Positions 48,814 through 58,158 of a DNA stretch of 64,000 nucleotides are shown here, piece by piece. Each line of letters begins with the position of its first letter. The stretch's first letter is position 1. A program made the position numbers and the translations under genes. Source of the stretch: a virus. The DNA is taken from the IMG/VR virus record IMGVR_UViG_3300044797_000396, positions 1-64,000 of that record; one strand, given 5' to 3'. Under the pieces are notes generated by a model. The model was not told the DNA's origin. It worked only from the letters and a program-made list of their open reading frames with translations, and did no database searches.

Positions 48814-50219
48814 GCTTTAACGCGTTAGATTTAACAGTTCTCAAAAGTATCATTTCCAATAAAAAGCACGGTCTAGATTTCGCCAATGATAGCGATGCTA
48901 AAATCTTTTCTCCCGAAGTATGGAATTTTGCCAATGTAGTAGTGGGATACATCCGCACTCACAAAGAGCTTCCGACCTTACGAGTGATCTCGGAAAAATT
49001 ATCCAAAGGCAATAACGATAAGTTGGTAGAAAATATCAAAATTATCTGGGCGGAATTAGATAAAATTACGGCCAACGAACACGAGTATAAACACGACCTA
49101 GAAAAAGTCAAGCAACGCTTTGCCGAAAAACAACTCCTCAACACACGAGATGCACTGGTCAAGTTAGAGCCGGGCAGCATAGATGTCAATAAGTCCATTC
49201 TAGAATTGCAAAAAACAATTCAATCTGTCAAGTCGTTGCACCAAGTTCGTTCTTATGAACGCAAAACCTTGAAGGAAGCAGTCACTGGCTTCCGTGATGA
49301 ATACAATGCCAAATTGCAAGATCCCAATTTTGACGCTGGTATCCAAACAGGATATTCCTATTTAGACTATGTGACGGGTGGACTACGACCTGGTGAATTA
49401 CTTCTCATTGGTGGTGAGAGCGGATCTGGTAAAAGTATGTTACTGATGAATATGGCTATTCAGATTTGGTTGCAAAATAATAAACCAGAAGTGCAGCCGG
49501 CATATCTACCTGGAAAAAATGTCCTTTATTTTTCATTGGAAATGCCTTTCAAGCCCTGTCTCAACCGCGTGTTAGGAAGACTGTCCTCTAGCCCAACTAA
49601 ACTAATTCGTCAGGCTAAACTTAATCAAATGGACGCAGAAAACCTTAAAAAAGTGCTGAGATTTATTAATGCGTACCCTTATCACTTTGAGATTGTGGAT
49701 ATTCCTCGTGGAGCTACCATAGAAAGTTTGGAGTTGATATATGAGGAAGCCAAGGCCATTTATAATCCTGACATCGTGGTCATCGATTATTTAGGTTTGA
49801 TGGATTATCAAGGAGGCAAAGATTTGGATGATTGGCTGAAACTTGGTAAAATCAGCGAGGCATGCCACGAATTTTCCAGGGTACATAATTGCACCACGTT
49901 AAGCGCAGTGCAACTCAATCGCCCAAAAAGCAACAAAGAAGAGGATAAAATTGGATTGCATCGTATTGGTCGTTCAGGGTTGATTATGACTAATGCTAAT
50001 ATTGCTATTCAAATTGAAAATCGTCATAATGAAAAAAGTTTTCCAGATATGAAGTATCACATAATTAAAATGAGGGATGGTGAGCTTGGTTCTGCCACCC
50101 TCATCAAAGATTTGGCACGAGGTTCTTTGCTCGACAATCCAATAGAAGAAGACACCACTACTTTTGAGCTGCGTGATATAGATGACATATCAGAAAAGAT
50201 CGAGCGACTGGACATATAG
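48810..50219 (+). CDS. dnaB: Replicative DNA helicase (DnaB-like)
   Basis: GIQTGYSYLDYVTGGLRPGEL, GGESGSGKS, FSLEM, VVIDYLGLM, QLNR, KMRDG. Confidence 0.9.
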   Translation: MSFNALDLTVLKSIISNKKHGLDFANDSDAKIFSPEVWNFANVVVGYIRTHKELPTLRVISEKLSKGNNDKLVENIKIIWAELDKITANEHEYKHDLEKVKQRFAEKQLLNTRDALVKLEPGSIDVNKSILELQKTIQSVKSLHQVRSYERKTLKEAVTGFRDEYNAKLQDPNFDAGIQTGYSYLDYVTGGLRPGELLLIGGESGSGKSMLLMNMAIQIWLQNNKPEVQPAYLPGKNVLYFSLEMPFKPCLNRVLGRLSSSPTKLIRQAKLNQMDAENLKKVLRFINAYPYHFEIVDIPRGATIESLELIYEEAKAIYNPDIVVIDYLGLMDYQGGKDLDDWLKLGKISEACHEFSRVHNCTTLSAVQLNRPKSNKEEDKIGLHRIGRSGLIMTNANIAIQIENRHNEKSFPDMKYHIIKMRDGELGSATLIKDLARGSLLDNPIEEDTTTFELRDIDDISEKIERLDI

Positions 50220-50926
50220 TGAAAAAAGTGTGCATTAGATGTGGAGTTGAAAAAGATACAGACAATAGTGATTTTTCCTTCATAAAAAAGACTCAAAAAT
50301 ACGATAACACTTGTAGACAGTGCAACAGAGAATACCAAGAGAACTATCGTGAAGAAAACAAACAAGTATTGTTATCTGATAAAAAACTATACTATCAAAA
50401 TAATAGGGTGAGTATAAGGGCCAAGCAAAAACTCTACAGGCAACAAAATCTTGACGCGTATAAGATACGAGACAAAAAGTATTATGAAAACAATAAGGAT
50501 ACAATAATTTTCAAGAAGCGTGCTTATAAAAAGAAACGACGAGAAACAGACCCAGTTTTCAATTTGAGAAACACGATATCAAGAGCTATAACTTTAATGA
50601 TTTCTTCCCAAGGTGCCATAAAACATAGGAAATCTTGTTTGAAACATCTACCATACACCATTCAAGAATTAAAAGATCACTTGGAAAAACAATTTGAGCC
50701 GTGGATGAATTGGGATAATCACGGAGTATATGTCAGTAATCAGTGGGATAATAATGATTCATCTACTTGGTTTTGGCAGCTTGATCATATTGTGCCGCAA
50801 TCTGACTTGTCTTATTCATCAATGGAAGATGATAATTTTAAGAAGTGTTGGGCATTAGAGAATTTACGACCTCTCAGCGCTAAACAAAACCATCTGGATG
50901 GTGTCAATAGAACGAGACATAAATAA
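50219..50926 (+). CDS. HNH-type homing endonuclease-like protein
   Basis: CxxC..CxxC, HLEKQFEPWMNWDN, WQLDHIVPQS, KCWALENLRPLSAKQN. Paralog of 17966..18691. Confidence 0.7.
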   Translation: MKKVCIRCGVEKDTDNSDFSFIKKTQKYDNTCRQCNREYQENYREENKQVLLSDKKLYYQNNRVSIRAKQKLYRQQNLDAYKIRDKKYYENNKDTIIFKKRAYKKKRRETDPVFNLRNTISRAITLMISSQGAIKHRKSCLKHLPYTIQELKDHLEKQFEPWMNWDNHGVYVSNQWDNNDSSTWFWQLDHIVPQSDLSYSSMEDDNFKKCWALENLRPLSAKQNHLDGVNRTRHK

Positions 50927-50945
50927 GCATATAATAAGGGTTAAA

Positions 50946-51122
50946 ATGAAACCAGATGAAGAAGTTGTCGGGGAGGCAGTCAGAGTAGAATATACGGAAC
51001 ACGATGGTAAACTATTTTTAGTCTTTGAGATAACGAACGAAAAATATAAACAAGATATCAAGTTAAATTGGATAAAAGATTTAGAATACAAAATTGTGGA
51101 TAAGTCTTTGGTAAAAAAATGA
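50946..51122 (+). CDS. Small hypothetical protein
   Basis: Likely start ATG 50946 after AAGGG. 58 aa. Confidence 0.55.
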   Translation: MKPDEEVVGEAVRVEYTEHDGKLFLVFEITNEKYKQDIKLNWIKDLEYKIVDKSLVKK

Positions 51123-51472
51123 ATGATATAGAATATAACAATCTCATATTGTTGGCAGAAAATTACAAACACATATGCATCAATATGTCCGAATATACTG
51201 GTATAATTACTGGACAATACTGGAAGCTAATGTCTCTAATTACAGAACAAAAAATTATACAAGCTGGTTTATACGGAACTCTTTTTAGCGCCAAACTTTG
51301 GGTGGGAAAACATATTGCCCCTAGTTATGTTTCGGTATCTAATAATGGTACCATAACCAGCATTGAAGAAATATGGTTAAATGAGGAGGAACTTAGTAAG
51401 TGGTCGGATCAGTGCCCACTAAAATTAGCTAACGAGATGGAACGAGCACTGAAACTGAAAGCTTTTTGGTAA
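51119..51472 (+). CDS. Small protein with conserved C-terminal tag (RALKLKAFW); central segment resembles a major capsid protein fragment
   Basis: 117 aa, EMERALKLKAFW terminus, internal EQKIIQAGLYGTLFSAKLWVGKHIAPSYVSV. Confidence 0.65.
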   Translation: MNDIEYNNLILLAENYKHICINMSEYTGIITGQYWKLMSLITEQKIIQAGLYGTLFSAKLWVGKHIAPSYVSVSNNGTITSIEEIWLNEEELSKWSDQCPLKLANEMERALKLKAFW

Positions 51473-51473
51473 A

Positions 51474-51626
51474 ATGATTGAACTAACTTATTATTTTTGT
51501 GAGCCTTGTGGCCACGAATGGAAAAACAAAAGTGATTTTGTCCAACAATGTCCGAATTGCCAGTCCGATAATATCTACATTTCTGAATTAACAGATACGC
51601 AGCCAGAGGGTATAAAGGAAGAATAA
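51474..51626 (+). CDS. Small zinc-ribbon protein (50 aa, not in ORF track)
   Basis: Read directly: MIELTYYFCEPCGHEWKNKSDFVQQCPNCQSDNIYISELTDTQPEGIKEE. Two CxxC pairs, fills the gap exactly. Confidence 0.7.
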   Translation: MIELTYYFCEPCGHEWKNKSDFVQQCPNCQSDNIYISELTDTQPEGIKEE

Positions 51627-51627
51627 A

Positions 51628-51819
51628 ATGAGTTTATGGTGCTTTACAGATCAACCAATAAAAATTGGCGATGAGTATCAGGGATATTTAGTAGTTAATA
51701 TCCAGCAAAAAATAATGCCATCAGTTTTGATGTATAACTATCACGCTCGCTTGCAAAATCTACCAGAGCAACCAGAGATAATGAAACAATGTATCCAACT
51801 TTCAAGCAAGGAAAAATAA
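51628..51819 (+). CDS. Small hypothetical protein
   Basis: 63 aa, AAGGA RBS. Confidence 0.5.
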   Translation: MSLWCFTDQPIKIGDEYQGYLVVNIQQKIMPSVLMYNYHARLQNLPEQPEIMKQCIQLSSKEK

Positions 51820-51882
51820 ATTCCTTCTGATAGGCAATTACGTTATTAACATAATACTTATCAATATAAGTGTATTAATATT

Positions 51883-52698
51883 ATGACAATTTTATCTATT
51901 AAAGAAATCCCAATATTGCCTTCTGGCAAATATAAACACAGAGAGATATTATTAAAATGTGATGAGTGTGGAATAGAATATACCAGACCACATAGTAAAA
52001 ATAGGGATTTAAAAAGCGAATTACATTTTTGTTCTAAACGGTGTAGCGATAAATCAATAACTGATGGTGCATTAAGGCAAAAATCAGTTAATACAATGAA
52101 TGTAAAGTATGGCTCGTCATATGTTAAAACTAAAAAATTTAAAGTTGAACGGGAAGAAACATTTTTACGTAAGTACGGGGTTAAAAGTATACTTAATTCT
52201 CCTGAAATAAAACAAAAGATCAGAAAAAGTAATTTAGAAAAGTATGGTCAGGAAGTTTATGCCGGCAGTGATGATTGGGAGTCGAAATTAGATCGTATTG
52301 AAATCGCCCGTAAAGCGTGGCTTACCAAAATTGAAAATGGCACTTGCTCTAAATCGGCTCCTGAGGAAAAATTATTTTTGCTATTAGAAAGTGTTTTTGG
52401 TAAAAGTGATATAAAAAGGCAAGTTCGTGTTATTAGACGGTGGATAGATTTTTATATAATTTCTATAGATTTATATATCCAAGTAGATGGGGTCTATTGG
52501 CACGGGCTCAACAGAAACATTGAGCTAATTAAACTAGGAAAAACATCACAAGATAGGAAAATATATAAACAAATATTAAGAGATCAAAAACTTAATCAAT
52601 ATATGAAAGATAATAATTTTAGGTTAGTCAGATTAACTGATGAACAAATTAAAACTTATTTACCAGAAGATATCATTGCTATATTAAAAGGAACGTAA
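51883..52698 (+). CDS. Homing-endonuclease-like protein (Zn finger + KYG repeats + Vsr/DUF559-like nuclease)
   Basis: CDECG..FCSKRC, three KYG repeats, IDFYI..IQVDGVYWHG..RD..LN..LVRLTD. Very AT-rich. Confidence 0.7.
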   Translation: MTILSIKEIPILPSGKYKHREILLKCDECGIEYTRPHSKNRDLKSELHFCSKRCSDKSITDGALRQKSVNTMNVKYGSSYVKTKKFKVEREETFLRKYGVKSILNSPEIKQKIRKSNLEKYGQEVYAGSDDWESKLDRIEIARKAWLTKIENGTCSKSAPEEKLFLLLESVFGKSDIKRQVRVIRRWIDFYIISIDLYIQVDGVYWHGLNRNIELIKLGKTSQDRKIYKQILRDQKLNQYMKDNNFRLVRLTDEQIKTYLPEDIIAILKGT

Positions 52699-52699
52699 A

Positions 52700-53020
52700 A
52701 TGCCACATTATGAATATGAATGTCCCGAACACGGAATATTTGAGGAGTTTCATTCTATACTTCTAAAATTAGAAAATTGTCCGCGATGCAAAGAGACGGG
52801 CAAAGAGCAGCCCATCAAACGACTAATTTCTCTTGGTGGCAAAGGAGTAGTGGAGCTCTACGGAAATGAATTGGTAGAGAAGTGCAAAGATGATGCCCAG
52901 AAACTCAAAAAGGAAGCTGCCAAAGACGAAAAGGTATATGCTAATCTTTTAGGAGAAGAGAAATATCAAAGTATGCAAACTAGAATGGATCAACAAAAGA
53001 GAATACGAAGAAGCAAGTGA
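52700..53020 (+). CDS. FmdB-family zinc-ribbon protein
   Basis: MPHYEYECPEHGIFE...CPRC...KRLIS. Confidence 0.75.
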   Translation: MPHYEYECPEHGIFEEFHSILLKLENCPRCKETGKEQPIKRLISLGGKGVVELYGNELVEKCKDDAQKLKKEAAKDEKVYANLLGEEKYQSMQTRMDQQKRIRRSK

Positions 53021-53023
53021 ATT

Positions 53024-53215
53024 ATGCCAAACTACTTATATGAATGTCCAATCCACGGAGAATTTGAGCACGAACATTCCATTACAGAACAATTAGAGTT
53101 TTGCCCTACTTGCCCTGACTTGGGTGGTCGTCCAAAAGTTAAACGACTAATTGCTAGTGGCACCAACTTTATTTTAGGTGGTAGTGGCTGGGCCAGAGAG
53201 GGATATTCCAAGTGA
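53024..53215 (+). CDS. FmdB-family zinc-ribbon protein
   Basis: MPNYLYECPIHGEFE...CPTC...KRLIA..F.L.GSGW...Y. Confidence 0.8.
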   Translation: MPNYLYECPIHGEFEHEHSITEQLEFCPTCPDLGGRPKVKRLIASGTNFILGGSGWAREGYSK

Positions 53216-53352
53216 GCCAAGACAGAGATAATAGCAAGCTAAAAAACATCGTTGAGCTACTACAATTTGCTTTATCTTTGGACGATGAAGAAATTATTAG
53301 AACGACTATTGAAAGTGTTATTGAATTATTGCAAGAAGAAATCACCAAATAA
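53212..53352 (+). CDS. Small helical protein (46 aa, not in ORF track)
   Basis: GTGA overlap. MSQDRDNSKLKNIVELLQFALSLDDEEIIRTTIESVIELLQEEITK. Confidence 0.5.
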   Translation: MSQDRDNSKLKNIVELLQFALSLDDEEIIRTTIESVIELLQEEITK

Positions 53353-53446
53353 ATACGTTATGTTATGACGCTGATGCGCTATATTTTCAAGCCCCAATGC
53401 ATAACAAGATATACTATTACTTTCGAGCCGAAGAGAGAAAATAAAC

Positions 53447-54076
53447 ATGTTGACAGAACTAGAAGCGCATGACCTAATGACTAAGTTGATTGATCTCAGG
53501 ACGAGGTTTGCAGAAACCAACGACACCAAGATTGAGGCTGAATTGAAGCGTCATGAAAAAGAATGTATTGAAAAGTTTAAGTATCTTGTGACGATGAGGA
53601 CTGTCCGTTATAAGTCTTTTAGTAATTACGAAGATCTCAATCAAGAAGGTTTTGAGGCCCTAATCAAAGCTATGAAAACCTTTAAGCCTAACAAGGGTAA
53701 TTTCTTTGCTTGGGCGCATAATTATATTGGCACTCGTATTTCGAGAAGCGCTAATTTGCACACTACTATTCGTTTTCCGTTGAAGGTGGCCAAAGCGCAC
53801 ACTCCACATAAGGAAGCGATTATGCCGTTGCAAATTGAAGAGCGTTTTTGCCCAGATAAAGAGTTAGAAGAGTCACAAACCACCCACGCTATTCATAAGG
53901 CCTTGTCTGTTCTCTCTAAAGAACAACGAGAAATTATTAGTTTGGCGTATGGGTTTGATGGTGACAAGCCAATGTCAATTAATAAAATATGTAAAAAACT
54001 CAATATCTCTCGATTGAACTATATCAAAACAATCAGTAGTTCCCTTTCTTATATGAAAGAGAACATAAAAATATAA
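53447..54076 (+). CDS. RNA polymerase sigma-70 family factor
   Basis: Region 2 YEDLNQEGFEALIKAMKTF.P.KGNFFAWA and region 4 LSKEQREIISLAYG...SINKICKKLNISR. Confidence 0.85.
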   Translation: MLTELEAHDLMTKLIDLRTRFAETNDTKIEAELKRHEKECIEKFKYLVTMRTVRYKSFSNYEDLNQEGFEALIKAMKTFKPNKGNFFAWAHNYIGTRISRSANLHTTIRFPLKVAKAHTPHKEAIMPLQIEERFCPDKELEESQTTHAIHKALSVLSKEQREIISLAYGFDGDKPMSINKICKKLNISRLNYIKTISSSLSYMKENIKI

Positions 54077-54158
54077 CGCGTTGTAACATAGGACGCACCT
54101 CATGCTTAACCTTAACAATTAAGTAGCTGGATACTTTTTACCTTATTTCAGGACACAT

Positions 54159-55124
54159 ATGACTTTACTAACGCCCCGAGTTTCTTACGCCCCCTTCGAA
54201 TATCAAAAAGCTTACCAGTACTGGGAACTACAACAACAATCACATTGGCTGCATACCGAAGTATCCATGGCATCCGATATTAATGATTGGAAAATGAAGC
54301 TAAATGAAACAGAAAAAAATATCATCGGACATATTCTAAAAGGTTTTACTCAATCAGAAGTATTCATTCAAGAATATTGGGGGCAAATGGTGGGCAAGTG
54401 GTTTAAGAAGCCAGAAATCCAAATGATGGCTGCCACTTTTTCTTCTTTTGAGAGCATTCATGCCGTCTCTTATGCTTATCTAAATCAGTCATTGGGCATT
54501 GAAGACTTTGAGGCTTTTCTCCATGAACCGACCGCCAAAGCCAAGATTGATCGTTTGATCGCTGCCAAAGGAAAAAGTAAGGAAGAGATTGCTCGTAGTT
54601 TGGCGATCTTTTCTGCTTTCAACGAAGGCGTTAATCTTTTTTCTTCTTTTGCCGTGCTCCTCAACTTCTCTCGATTCAATAAGCTGAAAGGCGTGGGGCA
54701 AATTATTGCTTTCTCTATTAAAGATGAGAGCTTGCACTCCGAAGCTGGCTGTTGGTTATTTAGAACGTTGATTAGCGAGTTTCCTGAGATTATGACCGAT
54801 ACTCTCAAAGAAGAAATTTATGATGCCGCTCGTCTGACCGTAGAGTTAGAAGATGCTTTTATTTCCAAGGCCTTTGAGTATGGCTCCGTGGAAGGATTGG
54901 ATTTTCACGACCTCAAAACTTTTATTCGTTTCCGCACTAATACTAAGTTGGGCGATTTGGGCCTTGGTAAGCTGTGGAAAAATATTGACAAACAAGCTAT
55001 GGAAAGAATGGCGTGGTTTGATATTATGTCAGCTGGCACTTCACATGACGACTTTTTTGCTAGCCGTGTAAATTCATACGCCAAAGGAACTATGGACTTT
55101 TCTCACGTATGGGATGTAGCATGA
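54159..55124 (+). CDS. nrdB: Ribonucleotide reductase class Ia beta subunit
   Basis: PFEYQKA, HWLHTEV.M..D..DW, ESIHAVSY, EGVNLFSSF, DESLH, DFFA.RV..Y.K. Confidence 0.95.
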   Translation: MTLLTPRVSYAPFEYQKAYQYWELQQQSHWLHTEVSMASDINDWKMKLNETEKNIIGHILKGFTQSEVFIQEYWGQMVGKWFKKPEIQMMAATFSSFESIHAVSYAYLNQSLGIEDFEAFLHEPTAKAKIDRLIAAKGKSKEEIARSLAIFSAFNEGVNLFSSFAVLLNFSRFNKLKGVGQIIAFSIKDESLHSEAGCWLFRTLISEFPEIMTDTLKEEIYDAARLTVELEDAFISKAFEYGSVEGLDFHDLKTFIRFRTNTKLGDLGLGKLWKNIDKQAMERMAWFDIMSAGTSHDDFFASRVNSYAKGTMDFSHVWDVA

Positions 55125-56815
55125 ACTTGGAAGAGCTAAAACAAGCAGGAGAGGCTCCAAATTGGTTGACAGAAGAAGGATATCGCACATTGAGTGGCGG
55201 CTATTTGCTCACCAACGAAACTCCCCGTCAAATGTACACGCGCATTGCACAAGCAGCCGCTTCTTATTACGAGGACTCTGAGAAATGGCAAGACAAATTC
55301 TTCAATGCGTTGTGGAAGAATTGGTTATGTCCTGCCTCTCCGGTAGCTGCTAATTTAGGTGCGGATCGAGGTCTCCCTATTTCCTGCAATACTGTTCATG
55401 TGGATGATAGTGTTGACTCTATCTTTATGAAGAATTATGAATTTGCTGTTCTCTCTAAAAACGGAGCGGGTGTTGGAATTTACTTTGGGGATATCAGAGG
55501 CAGAGGCACCCCTATCAAAGGCAATGGCGTTAGTGAAGGCGTTATTCCGTGGGCCAAAATATTTGATACAACGACCGTGTCAATCAGTCAAGGAAGTACT
55601 CGTAGAGGTGCTTCGGCTATCTATTTGCCTATTGAGCATCCTGATATTCAGGAATTCATTAATATTAGGCGCCCCACGGGAGACGCCAATCGTAGATGTC
55701 TAAATATTAATCATGGTGTTTGTATTAGTGATGCTTGGATGCAATCTATGCAAGCTGGTGATAAAGAGAAACGACAAATTTGGATGGAAATCTTGAAGGC
55801 TCGCGTGGAAACCGGTGAACCTTATTTGTTTTTTACTGATAATGTTAATAACAATAACCCAGAGTGTTATGTCAAAAATAATCTAACGGTCAAGAGTTCT
55901 AATATTTGTTCAGAAATTACTTTACATACTGATCCTAATCACAGTTTTGTATGTTGCTTATCTTCCCTTAACCTAGTGCGTTGGGAAGAATGGAGAGAGA
56001 CAGATACCGTCAATGTGGCAGTCAGATTTTTAGATGCGGTGTTGTCAGAATACATTAAGAAGACGGAACATATTAAAGGTATGGAAGCTTCCCGAGCCTC
56101 CGCTATCAAGGGTAGGGCTATTGGTCTGGGTGTTCTGGGCTGGCATACTATGTTGCAGGAGAAGGGTATTGCTTTTGAGAGCTTCGATGCTATGCAGTTG
56201 AACGCTCAAATCTTTCGTTCCATTCGTGCCAAAGCAGAAGAAGAAACTAAATTGTTAGCGGAAGAGTTGGGAGAGCCAGAGTGGTGTCAAGGGTTCGGTA
56301 GACGCAATACCCACCTATTGTCCGTGGCTCCAACAGTTTCTAATTCTACTATTTCGGGAGGCCATAGCGCGGGTATCGAGCCGATCTCCGCTAACGTTTT
56401 TACTCAGAAGTCAGCTAAGGGTACTTTTATTCGCAAAAATATTACTTTGGAAAAGCTATTGGCCACCAAAGAAAAAAATACTCCCGAGGTTTGGAAGTCT
56501 ATTAATGAGCAAAATGGTAGTGTTCAGCACCTTTCCTGCTTGACAGAGCAGGAAAAGCAAGTCTTTCTAACAGCTCGTGAAATCAATCAGTTTGCCGTTA
56601 TCAAATTAGCAGTACAGCGACAGAAGTGGATTGATCAAGCACAGTCAGTTAATTTATTTTTTGCCATGAACTCTGACCCTAAATATATACACGAAGTACA
56701 TATTGCAGCCTGGAAAGGCGGATTAAAGACACTATACTATTTCCGTAGTGATGGTGTAATCAAGAGTGATTTAGCTTCTAGAAGTGAAGATGATTGTAAA
56801 GCTTGTGAGGCCTAA
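55121..56815 (+). CDS. nrdA: Ribonucleotide reductase class Ia alpha subunit (no ATP cone)
   Basis: PISC, SQGSTRRGA, TGEPY, SNICSEI, CCLSSLN, APTVSNS, DQAQSVN, LKTLYY, C-terminal CKAC. Start ATG 55121 overlaps the nrdB stop. Confidence 0.95.
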   Translation: MNLEELKQAGEAPNWLTEEGYRTLSGGYLLTNETPRQMYTRIAQAAASYYEDSEKWQDKFFNALWKNWLCPASPVAANLGADRGLPISCNTVHVDDSVDSIFMKNYEFAVLSKNGAGVGIYFGDIRGRGTPIKGNGVSEGVIPWAKIFDTTTVSISQGSTRRGASAIYLPIEHPDIQEFINIRRPTGDANRRCLNINHGVCISDAWMQSMQAGDKEKRQIWMEILKARVETGEPYLFFTDNVNNNNPECYVKNNLTVKSSNICSEITLHTDPNHSFVCCLSSLNLVRWEEWRETDTVNVAVRFLDAVLSEYIKKTEHIKGMEASRASAIKGRAIGLGVLGWHTMLQEKGIAFESFDAMQLNAQIFRSIRAKAEEETKLLAEELGEPEWCQGFGRRNTHLLSVAPTVSNSTISGGHSAGIEPISANVFTQKSAKGTFIRKNITLEKLLATKEKNTPEVWKSINEQNGSVQHLSCLTEQEKQVFLTAREINQFAVIKLAVQRQKWIDQAQSVNLFFAMNSDPKYIHEVHIAAWKGGLKTLYYFRSDGVIKSDLASRSEDDCKACEA

Positions 56816-56839
56816 TACTAAAATGGTATTACTAGTGAA

Positions 56840-57241
56840 ATGAAAGGTACAATACTTCTCAGTCATGATGAGGACACCCACCGAATAGAGGAGGAAGAAA
56901 AAGCACGTTTTATTCGAGGATTTCTAGAACAATGTTTCGAAGGCGCCCCCGAAGTAGCTGCCCAAATTAACTCAATTTGGAATGTGGATGGGCCTTTGCC
57001 AGCTTCCCAAAAAGTAAAATTGAGAGGCCTTCTCACCACCTTTGGTATCCAAATTATAGATAATCTTGATGGGCACATGCAGATATATTTAGAAAATGAA
57101 CTGCAAGCTGAATGGTTCAAGTGTACTTACAAATTGAAAAAAGATCTACGTGTTATTGATCCACGCAAGCGTATTTACCTTGAAATGGAAGTAAGTTGTT
57201 GGAGCGTATTCGATTCACCAGAAGAAAAACAAGAGACCTAA
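56840..57241 (+). CDS. Hypothetical protein
   Basis: 133 aa ORF in the operon. Confidence 0.6.
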   Translation: MKGTILLSHDEDTHRIEEEEKARFIRGFLEQCFEGAPEVAAQINSIWNVDGPLPASQKVKLRGLLTTFGIQIIDNLDGHMQIYLENELQAEWFKCTYKLKKDLRVIDPRKRIYLEMEVSCWSVFDSPEEKQET

Positions 57242-58158
57242 TGAGAAAAAGAAGGCCAAATTTTACTACAGAAAGTTTCGTGCGTGAGTCGATGATAATT
57301 CACGGTAATGTTTATGATTATTCTTTAACTAAATTTATGGCAATCAAAAAACCTGTTGAAATTATTTGTGATAAACACGGAGTATTTACGCAGAGCCCCG
57401 AAGTTCATCTAAGGGGACATGGTTGTTTTAATTGTGGAATAGAAAAAACCGCCAATCACATTAAAAGTAATTCTCAATCGTTCATCGAAAAATCAATCCA
57501 AATACATGGAAATTTATATTTATATGAATTGGTTGATTATTCAAATAACAATAAAGCAGTAAAAATAATTTGCAGATCACATGGTGAATTTTCGCAGACT
57601 CCAGCCTCACATTTAGTTGGAAGAGGCTGCCCACATTGTGCAAAGGAAAAAATCAACAAAGATAAGCTGCTCACTCTAGAAGAGTTTGTTGCCAGATCTA
57701 AATCTATTCATAATGATAAATACAGTTATGATGAGGTAATTTACCAAACTGAAGATATTCCGGTAATTATTATATGTAAAGTGCATGGTAAATTTTTACA
57801 AACGCCAAGGGTGCATTTACGAGGATCAGGTTGTCGCAAATGTGTAGGAACTATCTCTAAAATGGAAACTATGTGGCTTGATAGTCTAAATGTTGATTTA
57901 GATAATAGGCAAAAGACCCTGAAAATAGGGGATAAACGTTTTTTAGTAGACGCTTATGATCCTACTACAGATACCATTTATGAATTTTATGGTGACTATT
58001 GGCATGGTAATCCTGAGGTATATGCTCCACAAAAAATTAACGCAATAAATAAAAAGACTTTTGAAGAATTATATTGTAAGACAATTGAGAAAGAAAGCAC
58101 TCTAAAAAATGCTGGTTATAATGTAATTAGCATTTGGGAAAGCGATTTCAATGCCTAA
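57241..58158 (+). CDS. Homing-endonuclease-like protein with three Cys/His repeats and Vsr-like nuclease domain
   Basis: Three repeats of F...S..IH...Y.Y.....V.IIC..HG.F.Q.P..HL.G.GC..C. C-terminal VDAYD..IYEFYGDYWHG..GYNVISIWESD. Start ATG 57241. Confidence 0.75.
   Translation: MRKRRPNFTTESFVRESMIIHGNVYDYSLTKFMAIKKPVEIICDKHGVFTQSPEVHLRGHGCFNCGIEKTANHIKSNSQSFIEKSIQIHGNLYLYELVDYSNNNKAVKIICRSHGEFSQTPASHLVGRGCPHCAKEKINKDKLLTLEEFVARSKSIHNDKYSYDEVIYQTEDIPVIIICKVHGKFLQTPRVHLRGSGCRKCVGTISKMETMWLDSLNVDLDNRQKTLKIGDKRFLVDAYDPTTDTIYEFYGDYWHGNPEVYAPQKINAINKKTFEELYCKTIEKESTLKNAGYNVISIWESDFNA

Noticed and set aside
48810-56815. Inteins or introns in dnaB, nrdA, nrdB
   Set aside because: All three are of compact length with contiguous motifs.
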